Counted from the first letter of the stretch, positions 1 to 13,122 are shown. The stretch is 64,000 nucleotides of DNA from the human T2T-CHM13v2.0 reference genome, Homo sapiens (GCF_009914755.1 NC_060932.1), one strand, 5' to 3'. The notes: generated by a model from the letters alone, not told the origin. Translations and numbers: made by a program.

Positions 1-245
1 AAGCGTGGCAGAGAACTATGGATCAGGCAGCCCCTCTCTTTACCATAAGCTAGGTGCACTGCAAAGTACATAGGAAATAAGCAGGATCTGAAACAGGCCA
101 GCTGAAACTTTCAAGAGGAACCAGTTCAGGCATTTCCAGGTAGCAAGGGACCACCCTGGGCAGCTCCGCCCCAAGCCCCAAGCCCGGCGGCCTGCAGGGC
201 CTCCCGGGGCCGGGCGCCCGCGCGGAGCTCCCGCCACGCCCACCG

Positions 246-290
246 GACGTCACCCGTTACACAACGCCCCCCGCCCCCAGCTTATGCAAT
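246..290. promoter_or_regulatory. Intronic bZIP motif cluster (CRE-like, PAR/C-EBP-like, GC box)
   Basis: GACGTCA 246-252, GTTACACAAC 256-265, CCCCGCCCC 268-276, TTATGCAAT 282-290. Motif evidence only. Confidence 0.4.
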
Positions 291-830
291 TCTGCCCTCC
301 CGCGGTTCCCAATTGTCCCGGTGACTTTTGTGGGTGAGGAAGGGAGACGCCGCCTGCCCGGCCTAGTTGCCCTCGCGGGGGATTCTCTCCCCGCCCCGGC
401 AGTCGTTTCCCCGCGGCGGGCCCGGCCCGAGAGCCAATTCCCGGAAAGCGCGCGGCAGGAAGCGAGCGGCCGCTCGGGATAGCCCAGCTACCACCCATCC
501 CGCGCCGGAGCGGCCTCGGTCCAGGTCACCCACTCCGCGCCGGGAGCGCGCGCCCGACAGCCAGGCCGCGGCCGAGGGAACCCCGCGCCGAGCGCCCCTC
601 CCCGCGCCGCGTCACAGTCGGCTCCCAGGGCGATCCCCATTATGACCGAAGCACCCCGGGGCGCCGCCCCCTCCCACACCCCCCAGCACCCCGAGACCCG
701 ACACGCCAGCGGCCCAGCGGCCCCGGGGAAGCAGAGGAGACTCTCGGGGCGCAGACAAGCTCCGGGTCCCCGGCCCTCGGGGCCAGGAGGGTGCGGTCGG
801 CCCGGCCCCGCCGCATCCCCGCGCGGTCAC

Positions 831-1551
831 CTGCTCGCAGCGCCTCGCAGGCGGCGGCCAGGGCCTCCCGGTAGCGCCCCTGGTGCAGTAGCTCCCCGAG
901 CCTGCCGGCCGCCCGGGCCCGCTCGCGCTGGCCCGGAAACCACTTCTCGGCCAGGTGGTTGAGGACGACGCTGGTTCTGAAGTCTGAAGCGGCGATGGCG
1001 GCGGCCAGAGGCGGCGGCCGCGGGGCGGTCCCTTCAGCATCAGTGGCACTGGCGGTGGCGGGCGGCAGCCGGTCCCGGCAGAGGCGGCAGCGGGCGCGGA
1101 GTTCCCTCCGCAGGCAGCGGCGGCAGTAGCTGTGGCCACAGGGCACGGTCACCGGCTCGCTCAGGAAGCCCCGGCAGCCCAGGCATCTGAGGAGCCCGCC
1201 GGCGCCGCCGTCAGCGCCTGCAACCGGGGCCGCGCTCCAGCCCAGCCCGTGGCGGAGCCGGTAGTTGAACACCAGGCAGTCCACCAGGGCGCCCAGGCAC
1301 TCGGGCCTGGCCGGGGCCCCGCGGCGCAGCGCCGCCGCGAACGCCTCCAGCGCGCCCTTCAGGTGGCCGCCCAGCGCCAGCAGCTCCCCGCGGCGGAGCA
1401 GCAGCTCCCAGCGCTCCGACTCCGCGGCCGCGCGCTCCAGCCGATGGCCGCTGCCGCCGCCCACTTCCCAGAACCGGCCTCGGCCCTGCGGCGCTGGGGC
1501 CATCTCCCGACTCCCTCCTGGGGAGGTCCTCGCCACCGCCGGAGAGGACAT
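831..1551 (-). CDS. LONRF1: LONRF1 coding exon 1 (LON peptidase N-terminal domain and RING finger protein 1); 721 nt, phase-1 end
   Basis: Met77 of ORF 640..1779 starts MSSPAVARTSPGGSREMAPAPQGRGRFWEV (GCCATG context at 1551). TPR-like segment (LLRRGELLALGGHLKGALEAFAAAL), RING CLGC...CGHSYCRRC...CRLC, then FRTSVVLNHLAEKWFP. Donor CAG|GTGACC at 831/830 after ...ACEALRA. Later exons lie outside the window. Confidence 0.96.
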
Positions 1552-3688
1552 GGCCCGCGGAGGGCTGCGCCGCCGCCGCCCGCCGCCACGGTCCCGGAGC
1601 CTCCCGGGCGCGCGGCTCCGCACGCGGCCCGCGAGCAGGGGGGCGTGGCGCGCGGACACGGCGGGGCTGCGCGCGCCCGGGAAGCCCCGAGGGCGGGGCC
1701 TGGCGAGGGCGGGGCCGGGCTCGGCGACGGCGCCCGGGACTCCCCCACGCCGCCCGCGGCCGCGCTCCCGAGGAGCCAAGCGCTGGGCCCCGCCCCTTCC
1801 GAGCCCCCTCCGGGTGGGGGACGCAGGTCGGATGATTCCTCCGTCGGAGATCTAATTGGCTTCTCCGGAAAGGAGGGCTCGGCTCGTGACGGAACAAAGC
1901 CGGAAGGACCCCGGAGCTTCAGTCCCCGCTTGCCTGTCTGCCAACGCCGCCACCTGCGGTGGCCCTCGCCCCTGCCGGGGGTTGGGGGACGCTCCCCTGC
2001 CGCGCGGGACTCCGGGTCACCACCCCTCCCCCGACGCCCCCGCCCAGGCCGGACCTGCCCCAACTCCTGGCGGGCGGGGGTCTCCCCGCGTGGCCTCGCG
2101 CTTGTGCGGGTCTGCATTTTCATAGCTCTACGCCCATGTTCCAGGTGGGCGCGCCCAAGCAGGGGGCCTGGGAGCGCACCTTCGGCAGATGACTGGGACT
2201 CTTCGGTTCTAGAGGACTCAACTTTAAATATGAACAAAAAACCCACGTTCCTGGGGCGACTCCCTCCAGAGGGCAAGGAGTTTTTCCTGGTGCCAGGTGA
2301 CTGCTTGCCCGTCTTGCTTAAAACTCATCGTGGGCCCACCTCGAGGGAGAAAGCCCACAGCTTCCTCAGGTGTCTCCACACCTCAAGCACTGCCTTACAG
2401 CTGGTTAAGGTCTATATTTGGCAGTTTTAAAAGAAAACACCAAGAAACATGTTTCACATGGCGGTCACCGTATTACTACAACCCAAGCTGGCTCTGCAGT
2501 TTTGCTGACAGAAGAAAATGATCGGGTTGATATATAATGGGTGCTATTTCCCTTAAACTTCACAGCAGCAAGTTTAAAGCTCTCAGCTGAAAATACAGAT
2601 TTGATGATAGGGTATTAGATCGCTAATGTTGGAAGTCACTTAGGACTTTTAGTCCTTTTTCAAATGATTGGAAACACAGGGAAAGTTATTTGTCAAAAAT
2701 CACACAGCTAATACAGATTTTAAGATCACGTCTATTCCACTACTACTACGTTAGACTAATATGTAATATTTAATAAAATATGTAATATTTCATAGAAATA
2801 TATGAGATTTTCAAAGTAAAAGAAGTTGCTAATTGGAAAGTTCACCTGAGCATGCTATGTTTGAAATTGGTAAACGTTTAATATTTCTCTTTATAAGGAA
2901 CAGGCAATTAAGGCTAAAAAATGTTTTGAGTTCATGTGTTTTCACTACACAATCAACAAGTCGTGTAACGTCAGAAAAGATAGAGTTATATTACCCTAAA
3001 GGGAATGAATAAAAAAGAGGTGCCTGAGAAAAAGCCAAGCCTCCTGTTCCAACAGGATGCAGACAGAAACAAGTTCATTTATCACTCACATTGCACCTGA
3101 AGCAAATTGCAGCTAGATCCAAGGAGCACCTCCTAAGCATTTGGCATGGGAAGCATTGGGATTAAGTCATGAGCATAACCTTAAATCCAATCCTAACCCC
3201 TAAATTACTACCTTAACAAGCAGAACAGTGACTTTCAGCTGATGTCCACATACTCCCTTGAGACTTGAAATCACAAACAAATATCCATGTGTACACGCAC
3301 ATTCATTTTTGTAACGCATCCTTGTTCTTAATGGCATGTTGCAAAATTTACAACAGTAAATATGTAATCAATGTGTTCATGTTTATTACAAGGAGCATAG
3401 TAAATTAATAAACACTCATAAACTTCTTTTCAAATATAAAGTCAGGTTCTATTATGGGATTTCTGCCAAAAGTACAATATGTGGTTCAGAAAATAATGTG
3501 AAGTATTATTTGTCCTTTGGAGTTCCTTTTCCTAATAAATATGACAACCACATCTGATTCTGATGTGAAATAAAATGGCACAATTATGATAATGTGCGGG
3601 AGAAAAAAATGGGACCGTAGGAGGAATCTTACCGTGTTCTCCTTGGCATTTGTGAATGGTTATAATTCATGTTTGCTGGTTTATGCAT

Positions 3689-3728
3689 TTACATAACTTG
3701 TTCTCATTTATGTAACTTATTTATGTAA
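3689..3728. promoter_or_regulatory. Triple D-box (PAR-bZIP/NFIL3) cluster, candidate LONRF1 enhancer
   Basis: TTACATAA 3689-3696, TTATGTAA 3708-3715 and TTATGTAA 3721-3728 in non-repetitive sequence. Confidence 0.55.
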
Positions 3729-4342
3729 GAGGCTGTACTGCCGCTGTGGCCTTTGTGTGCTGCATAACTTCCCTTTGAATCAGGAAGTCTAGGCAAAGCA
3801 GTCACTGGCACTGTCACAGGTCACCCTTCCATCATTCTCTGCCATCCAAAAGTTGCACAATAATGTGACTGCTTGTTTAAATTCAAAGGCGAGAAAAATT
3901 AGTGTCCTTCTTCGTTCATTTCCTAAAATTTAGACAGGTCTCTGAGTCACCCAGCAGGCTGTGATGGAGAAGAGGGAATCCTGCTAAGCTGCCCCTGGCT
4001 AGGAGAAGTATAATGGAGTGAAGAGCTCTCCTTTTCCTTCCGCATTACTTGCTCGTGTCATTCTTTGCTAACAAAGTAGTAAAATCATGAGATTTGTATT
4101 CTGTTTCGGTTTTTGAGTGTTGTCTTCTAAAATAGATCAGTTATGTAAGAGAGTCAGAAGAAAAGCGTATCTGTTTCCTAATTTGGAAAATGCTTATCAC
4201 CATCATTGCCTGCTTATCCCTGCCTCCCACTGCCACACCATAAGACTTTTCCTGATATAGTTTGGTAAACTCCTATTTAAGAGTAACATAACACAGTGCT
4301 TTTCTTATATACAACTCAGCTGAAGATGTGTATTTGAACCTC

Positions 4343-4368
<26 letters not shown>
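4343..4368. repeat. poly(T)26
   Basis: Direct reading. Confidence 0.9.
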
Positions 4369-4373
<5 letters not shown>

Positions 4374-4534
4374 GGGTGAATTTACCATTTGTTTCTTTAC
4401 ATTCTTATTAAAAAAGAAACTGAATTTGTCAGTCCAAGCAAAATATGTCCCATTCCTGATTCATTTCAGTTGATAATGTTCTATTCAAAGAGAGTAAACT
4501 ATAACGTTTTATATAAACAGTACCTAGCCAATAG

Positions 4535-4834
4535 ATTTTTTTTTTTTGACACAATCTAACTTTGTCACCCAGGCTGCAGTGCATAGTGAGTATATAGCTC
4601 ACTGCAGCCTTGACCTCCTGGGCTCAAGCAATCTCCCACCTCAGCCTCTCCGAGTAGCTGGGACTACAGACGCATGCCTCTCTGCTCAGCAATTTTTTTT
4701 TTTTTTTAACTTGTTGTAGAGGCGGGCCCCATTATGTTGCCCAGGCTGGTCTCAAACTCCGGGCCTCAAGCAATTCCCCTGCCTCAACCTCCTAATGGGC
4801 TGGGATTAGAGGCATAAACCACCACGCCTGGTCC
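4535..4834 (-). mobile_element. Alu (AluJ-like)
   Basis: Reverse-complement Alu dimer; TSD CCAATAG at 4528-4534 and 4835-4841. Confidence 0.9.
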
Positions 4835-4893
4835 CCAATAGCATTTTTGTACAGAATACACAGATGGAGGGGTCTCTAGAGACCACCTTTTCA

Positions 4894-4898
<5 letters not shown>

Positions 4899-4976
<78 letters not shown>
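4899..4976. repeat. Compound (CT)n(AT)n microsatellite
   Basis: Direct reading. Confidence 0.95.
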
Positions 4977-4980
<4 letters not shown>

Positions 4981-5989
4981 ATTGGGATCTGAGAAGCTGC
5001 TAGTTTCATAGAAGTCATACCAGCGAGGGAATCCAGACACCTGGTGCTGACTCTATTTATGCCTCTATGCCAGGGAAGAAGTCACCTGGGTTCCCTAGGC
5101 CTCATTTGCTATCTGTAGAAAGAGGGAACTGCAACTACCTCTAAGGTGCCTTCTGCCTCTGGAGCCAAGCCCCAGGGCTTGGTTTGAACACAGTAAGAGG
5201 AGGCAGAGCATCTCCCAGACTGAGGAACACAGCAATGTGATACCTGCTGAAAATGTAACAGCAGATGAGGGCTGAGAATAGAAGAGAAGGGTATCAAGAA
5301 CACATTTTGTTGGTACATACTCATCCCTGTTTAGAGAGGGGGAACCAGTTTCTGAGACCTGAACACCTGCAGTCACTGTACAGGGATCCCCTATTGCACT
5401 CACACCTCCTTGCCCCTACTGTAAAACTGTGGGAAGCTGAAAGAAAGCCGGGGGTGGGGGGGCCGAGGGAGAGCTGATTATATAACTTGGGCATTTGTGC
5501 GAAAGTTTATATAAGATGCTAAAAATACCATATATGATTGCTATAATAGCGTTCCAAATGAAAAGCCCTAATGAGGACAACCTGAGTAGGTTAAATAGAG
5601 CTGATACGAAGTGTAAGTCTAAAGCCAATTGCCTGCAAGGACTACCATCTAACCAAGTACCATTTACTGCTCATTCTTTGTTATCCCTACAGGGTGCACA
5701 AAGTGCGCAAGGGCCACTACCCTTACAAAGGGTGCTATGCTTCATTCTTCATTTCTAATACTCTGAAGAATCTAGAAGTACTAAGTGTGTGACCCATGGC
5801 CTATTTTGCTGGTAGTCAAATTGATTAAATGAATACATTTTCCTGTATCAAGCTGTTTAAAAAGTAGACATAGGAATAAACCCCATATATTATTTAACAA
5901 ATTCTAAGAATTTAATACATATGAATCCCCCTGGTACTTTCCATCCTCCTTCCTTGCTGCCCCCCCACCGCACACCCCCCCACCTTTAG

Positions 5990-6141
5990 TACTTATCATC
6001 TGACGTATTACATACATATTACTTGTCTCCACCCTCCAGAATGTAAGCTCCTTGAGATTTGGGATTTCTGTACATCTTGTTCACTGTCATGTCTCTAGCA
6101 CCTAGGCACCAAGAAGACACTAGAAAATCATTCTTAAATGA
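5990..6141 (+). mobile_element. L2 3' fragment
   Basis: agaatgtaagctccttgag...cttgttcactg...ctagcacctag resembles the L2 3' end. Confidence 0.6.
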
Positions 6142-6197
6142 GTCCACCCACAAAGATATCATGTACTATTTTTCATTCTTGTTAGTGATAAAAATCT

Positions 6198-6976
<779 letters not shown>

Positions 6977-7084
6977 TCCTGTCTTTCTCTGATACTTCCC
7001 ATTCGGTGTGTCAGACAGTCCTCTTGACCACTCTTACCCCTTCTCCCCCACCACCACCCTGGCCCAAGACAGCAGTATCTCTTG

Positions 7085-7394
7085 TTTTATTTATTTATTT
7101 TTATTATTATTATTTTTTGAGACAGAGTCTTGCTCTGTCAGCTGGAGTGCAGTGGCACAATCTCAGCTCACTGCAACCTCTGCTTCCTGGGTCCATGCAA
7201 CTCTCTTGCCTCAGCCTCCCAAGTAGCTGGAATTATAGGTGCCTGCCACCACACCTGGCTAATTTTTGTATTTTTAGTAGAGACGGGGTTTTGCCATGTT
7301 GGCCAGGCTGGTCTCGAACTCTTGACTTCAAGTGATCTGCCTGCCTTGGCCTCCCATGTGCTAGGATGACAGGTGTGAGCCACTGTGCCCAGCC
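7085..7394 (-). mobile_element. Alu (AluS-like)
   Basis: Reverse-complement dimer; TSD-like atctc(t/tc)gtttt. Confidence 0.92.
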
Positions 7395-7479
7395 CACATC
7401 TCTCGTTTTAAAATTAAGACAAGTTTGGGTATTCTTTAGGTTTGACCTGGAAGTCGGCAGTTAAATGTGCCCTCACCCT

Positions 7480-7900
7480 GCAACCTCACCTCTGGCTGAA
7501 AGCCCCAGTCTTCACTAGTGTCCAGGCACGCTGGCCTCTCCTGGGCCTTTGTCTTTTCTGTTCTCCTTGCCTGAAACGCTCTTCTGATACACAGCCCCAA
7601 GCCTCCTTCCTTCCTTTAGACTTTTGTGCAATGCCACCCACTCTATGGCGACTTGCCTGGTCTCCCTATCTCCTTTCCTGTCTTTTCATCTTTAGCCTCT
7701 ATCCCTAATATACTGTATATTTAATTTATACTATATATTTGGTTTTGTACATTTTGTATATTTGATATTATTTATTATTTGTCTTCTCCAAATAATATAA
7801 ATTTCACAAGGGATTTTAACTTCTTTGTTCACTGCTGAATATTTGATGCTTGGGACACATAATTGATCCTCCATTTAAAAAACGGTTGTATGAACAAATG
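7480..7900 (+). mobile_element. L2 fragment
   Basis: Pyrimidine-rich L2-like text ending ...ttgttcactgctgaatat...gggacacataattgatcctcc. Confidence 0.5.
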
Positions 7901-8398
7901 AGAAAAGGGCTGTGGTGCTACACACAGAAACGTGTTTGTTTTGATGCTCAGCACCTGACTGTAATGGTTGTGGTCACTTGTGCCACAACTAGAAGGGAGA
8001 GTGAAGCCCGTGGAATTAAGGATGTGGTCTGGAAGCTCTAACATGGTTTCCTAGGACAGGATCTAACAAAATGTTAATTATTTGTAAGAGAGATAGGTAG
8101 AAATAAAGTGGTAATATCCAGCTTCTTGAAAAAAAAATCACTAGCTCTAGTGACCAACACTAAGTGACTTTACTGCTTTGGAAAGTTCCTGAAGATAGTG
8201 GCAATCAGGTAAATCCCCCATGCCCGTCAAATATAGAGGAGCCCCTGCCACTGTTCTCCTCCCATGTGGTTTTGTTTTAGACAGTCCTAGGATTATACAG
8301 AGGGTTGGGCTGTCACCTAGTTTAGAGGGCGAAGGCATGCAGTGCAACTTTACCTGGTACATTTTCAGCTCCTGTGTTATTTTTAAAACTCTGAGTTA

Positions 8399-8705
<307 letters not shown>

Positions 8706-9333
8706 TTAGGTAAATTGTAAAAGGATTCAGGATTGCAGTTCATAAACTAATGAGTGACATGGATAAGATAAATACATCTATCATTTTGTTTAAAAGACTG
8801 GAGTAAGTTAATTGGGTGGGGAGGATGTTTGGTGAAGGAAGTCAAGCATGTTAAGTAGAAAAACACCTGTGACTAGGTTAGACTAGATGATCTGTATTCC
8901 AATATGGCCTACAAGTTCAGTGCCAAACAAGGAGACATGATGACTTCAGATGATGGAAGAGTTCATGACCAGGGGATGAAATTGTATAGATCACAGTCAA
9001 GACCAGGAAGAAATGGCAGAACAACCAACCAGGTTAGCAGCTTAGAAAGTCAAGAGAAAAAAAAGGAAAAGCAAGATGTAAAATACATCAAGTCAATGTG
9101 CATTACAGATGAGTTTTAGTCAGTGTCTAGTACATGTTTTAGGACAGGTCTTAACTGTCCTAAAACAGTTAAGGCACAGGTCTTGGACTAGAGAAGGACC
9201 TTGGATGAAAGAGAAGGACACACATCTCTTTTTCCGATTCTGAAGTAGCTAGAGGAGGGGACGTTATTTTCAAACTTAAGTGAAATTAATTAGGTAGAAA
9301 ACATGAAGAACTCTTTTCTCTAGCATGGAACAC

Positions 9334-9683
9334 TAATGTCTCTATTTGGATGGCTATGACAAAAATACCCTAGACTGGGTAATTTATAAACAACCAAAAT
9401 TTATGGCTCACAGTTCTGGAGGCTGGGAAGTCCAAGATCAAGTCACCAGTAGATTCTATGTGTGGTGAGGGCCTATTTCCTGTTTATAGAGGGTGCCTGG
9501 TTGCTGTATCCCCACATGGAAGAAGGGAATGGGAGGCTCCTTCACATCTCTATAAAAGAGGCATTAATCCCATTCAAGAGGGCTCCACCCTCATGACCTA
9601 ATCACCTCCCACACCACTACTCTTAATACTGTCACATATGTAGGTGCCAACATATGGGGGACGCCAACATTCAGATCACAGCA
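9334..9683 (-). mobile_element. MaLR solo LTR (MLT1A/MST-like)
   Basis: agactgggtaatttataaac...ctcacagttctggaggctgggaagtccaagatcaag...cattcagatcacagca. Confidence 0.8.
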
Positions 9684-9757
9684 AATAAATATCACAAAAG
9701 TTAACAAGATATAAAAGGGTTCCAAGGAATAATGGAAACATTAAAATACTACTAAGG

Positions 9758-10031
9758 GGACGGGTGCGATGGCCACACCTGTAATCACAGAACTTTGGGA
9801 ATGGGAGGTGGGAGGATCACTTGAGTCCAGGAGTTTGAGGCCAGCCTGGGCAGCATAGTGAGACCCCGTCTCAACACAAAATTAAACAATTAGCTGGGCA
9901 TGGTGGCTCATGCCCATAATCCCAGCTGCTTGCAAGGCTGAGGCAGGAGGATCAACTGAGCCCGGGGAGTTGAGGCTACAGTGAGCTATGATCACACCAC
10001 TTCACTCCAGCCTGGGCAACAGAGGAAGACC
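9758..10031 (+). mobile_element. Alu (AluJ-like)
   Basis: Dimer with AluJ-type ggaggatcacttgag; TSD-like ctact(a/gc)taaggg. Confidence 0.9.
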
Positions 10032-10219
10032 TTGTCTCAAAAAAACAAAAATCTACTGCTAAGGGAAGTCACGCTCTACTGAAATTCAGGTTAGTCAAGA
10101 AAAGCAATGATGTTTTTTCATGATCTATCCTTTGATATTTCTGTCAATAAAAAAATGCCAGGCTGGATGGTCCAGAGGGCTAACACAGTAGGATGGTTCC
10201 CACATTCTTGTTTTTAAAT

Positions 10220-10370
10220 AAGTATTTAAAAATTGCATTAGCTTTGGGGGTACAAGTAGTTTTTGGTTACGTGGATGAACTAGAGGGGTGAAGTCTGAGA
10301 CTTTAGTGCACCTGTCACTGGAGTAGTGTACATTGCAGCCAATATGTAGTTTTTAATCTCTCAACCCCCA
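10220..10370 (-). mobile_element. L1 3' end fragment (L1PB/old L1PA-like)
   Basis: ttgggggtacaagtagtttttggttacgtggatgaa...ggagtagtgtacattg. Confidence 0.7.
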
Positions 10371-11110
10371 ATATTCTTCTGTCTCTACCTAGTTAATGCC
10401 ATCAACTCCCTTATGAAAGCAAATCACAAACATGTGACAACTTGGAAAAAAACGCCTTGCAATCGGAAATATCTTGACCAGACAAGTCTAAGTAAAATGT
10501 GGAGCGTAGAAAGATGTTCCAGCACATGTCAGCATATGGTGACTTTTTCCACACCCAGCTGCTATTCATATGAGCCTTCAGAATTCTGATCACCAGTTTA
10601 ATCTGATGCTGACCCTGGTCTTTGTGAAAATTCCAAACAACTCTTCTAATCCAGCGTGGGGAGAACCAAAGTTCCCCATGGACATGTTATTCCCAGAGTA
10701 ACCTTGCTACAAGTGCTTTCGGCTTTAGAGGATTTATGAATCCAGTTGCCACCATATCATTGTCCGCAATGACATCAACTCAGGCCTAAAAAAATTCAGG
10801 TCTCTCCCATGTAAAGTGGCTTTCCTACATTTAGATCAAACCTTTCTGAGCAGCATGGGGCCATTCTGAAACACCTACTTTTTTTGTTTTCCCTAAATTT
10901 GATGATTCTAAATATGAGTAGATAGCTCTAATACAGCCAGCAGTTACTGAGTGTACTCAACTTTCATTTGTATCAACTTACATGAACAGCTTGCTTAAAA
11001 GAATGCTTTGGAATTGCTTATATGATAAATCAAGCTTGTTTTGTGTTTTTATGGAAACAAAATAGATCCCCATATGTGCACAGGAAAATTGGCAACTGCC
11101 AAGATGGTAT

Positions 11111-11783
11111 TGTTACCTGGAATCCTGCCTTGAGATGGATCCTTTAACCAAGGAGATCCAACAAAGCCGGACCTCTGGACCAGCAGTCTTGGTTCTCGTG
11201 ATAGTGAGCAAAGAATTGCGAACTAACCCCGAAATGCAAGCTCAAAACAAGGCTTTCTGAAGCACAGTAATGCACTCTCAGAGGGAGAGTGGGGTAACCT
11301 CTGCGAAGTGAAATCAGCCCCTCTTTATAGAGCTCAGGGTGCGTTTATGCAGTTTGTGGGGAGGAGTTGAGGCTTGGGCTGTGTTTGAGTGACAGGATTG
11401 TGTCATTTGATTAGCAGTTTATGCTTATATCACTGAACTTAAACTGCACGTCTTTACTTACACTTTGTTAAGGAAAGCCCACTCAGAGGGGCAAAACCAC
11501 ATGTAAATTTTATTATAATGACTGTATAATGAGGATGAGGTTACCCGGGTTTATGGCCTAGATGGACTGGGCATGCGCCACGTAAGGGGATTTTTTATCT
11601 GTGCCCAGTTCTTCTTTCTCCAGGATGTGCTGGCCACAGACTTTACCACAAGCTGCATCTATCAGGGTGGAGTTAGGGTGGTCTTGGGGGCTGAACTTAG
11701 GTGGGCCAGGGCCTGTCTTAGTGATAGCCCTTCTGCCCTCCTCTCTCGCCCCCTCCCAGCTGCTAATGTCTAACTACCTAACA
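11111..11783 (-). mobile_element. ERV solo LTR, copy 1 of a family present three times (family not confidently assigned)
   Basis: TG...CA termini; reverse complement of 47503-48185 (ORFs 11601..11852+ and 47437..47691- translate almost identically). Confidence 0.85.
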
Positions 11784-11999
11784 TTATGGCTGGGACACTA
11801 TGTTCCTGCAGTAATGCCAAAAACTGTAGTACCAAAGGGTAAGCCTCCCTGATTCTGCCCAGCCATGGGTGAAATTTCTCCAACTCTATGTAGGAGGAGA
11901 GTGTTGTAATAGACCGTTTCTAAAGTCCCTTCCAGTTCAGGGAGACTACAATCTCTGAACAAACACATTCCTGTCATCCAGTGGAAAAGAGGCCTTCAG

Positions 12000-12594
12000 G
12001 GCCCACAGGCGATAACTTTTATTTTGCAACTTAAAAAACCCACCCCTCAGTCGGCCCTCGGAGGAGTGCGCCAGCCCTGCGGAGGCAGTGTCTACACAGG
12101 CCTCGCAGCTTCCGCCTAGCACTCCGCAAGGTTTCCGTTGCATTGTGGGGCAGGGACCACCGCGTTGTGGGTGTGGGGAAGGAGATGTGTGGACAAAGGG
12201 CGGAGTGATGGGTCACAATGTGCAGAAGGATGGTTTAGGTGGAGACGTCGGAGGAAGGCGAGCAGTGGCGGATTAGGCTCAGGCTGCTGCGAATGGGTGT
12301 CAGCCTGGGAGGCCCGGTCCAGTGCGCCCCCACATCTGCCCGCTCTCGATGGGATGGGCACAGTCTCGATCCTGGCACCAGTATCGACCTCAGCTGGCAC
12401 CAAAGGCCTGAACAGAGGGTAATCGGTGTCCCCATTCCAGCCCAAGCCCCGCCTTCCTGGGTGTTCTGGAGCAAAATGGGGGCCTGCGCAGGAGCCCCGG
12501 GTTCCAGGGAGACCTGGCTCAGCAGGGCAGCCTGTGAGATGTGGTGAGAAAGGTGTGGAGCGGCCATCAAGAACTGTCTTAATGAAACATTGCC
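12000..12594. promoter_or_regulatory. CpG-rich, GC-rich promoter-like patch upstream of the GARIN-like pseudogene
   Basis: Roughly 30 CpGs in 600 bp against a CpG-poor background; GC boxes near 12198 and 12447; GACGTC at 12244; no repeat recognised. Confidence 0.5.
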
Positions 12595-12724
12595 ATGAGC
12601 CGTGAATCTATGTAACCATATTACTTTGTGGAAAACAGCCAGCGGAGGGCAAGTTTAACAGCTCCACGGGGAAGCTCCAGGGACAGCTGTGCAAGAGTGT
12701 ACTGTTTTCAAGTACACATCGTTC

Positions 12725-13122
12725 TGTTGAAAGAAAAAAAACTTTAGACAAATTAAATTGAACAGAGTTTAATTGTGCAAAGAATGATTCATGAATCAGG
12801 CAACACCCAGAACAAGTGGAAGTTCAGAGAGCTCCCTGGGCAGGGATTATTTATAGACAGAAAACTGGAAGTACCCTACAGAAATAGCTTGATTGGTTAC
12901 AACTCCGGCATCTGCCTTTTTTGGACATGGTCTGATCAGTGGGTAGCCTGTGATTAGCGGAAGTTCGGTTGCTATGACTGGCTGTGACACAGCTATTTGT
13001 TACAAAAATATGCTCCTAAATTAGGCTTTCGGTTTGTTTACCTACTGAGTTAGGTTGTGGCTCCTGACACAGAAACTCAAGGTATGGAGGCAGCCTCAGG
13101 CCAAAAATAAGTTAATTTAACA
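12725..13122 (-). mobile_element. MER57-family ERV1 solo LTR inserted in the GARIN-like pseudogene
   Basis: Reverse complement starts TGTTAAATTAAC...GGCCTGAGGCTGCCTCC and ends AATTAAACTCTGTTCAATTTAATTTGTCTAAAG...CAACA; degenerate 4-bp TSD GTTC/GATT. Confidence 0.8.

Larger units (their letters stand above)
170..2170. promoter_or_regulatory. CpG island / LONRF1 promoter, exon 1 and start of intron 1
   Basis: Very high GC and CpG density with several GC boxes (e.g. GGGGCGGGG at 1690-1715); spans the LONRF1 start codon. Confidence 0.92.

Noticed and set aside
640-830. C-terminal part of ORF 640..1779 (GDRAGMRR...)
   Set aside because: Read-through into intron 1 beyond the donor at 830.
1552-1779. 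76-codon in-frame extension upstream of the LONRF1 ATG
   Set aside because: Starts at TTG, probably in or upstream of the promoter; there is no upstream ATG, and GC richness explains the open frame. It would need ribosome profiling.
1132-2430. 432-aa plus-strand ORF and other long ORFs in the CpG island
   Set aside because: Non-ATG starts, low-complexity P/A/R/G composition and no domains; stop codons are naturally rare in very GC-rich DNA.
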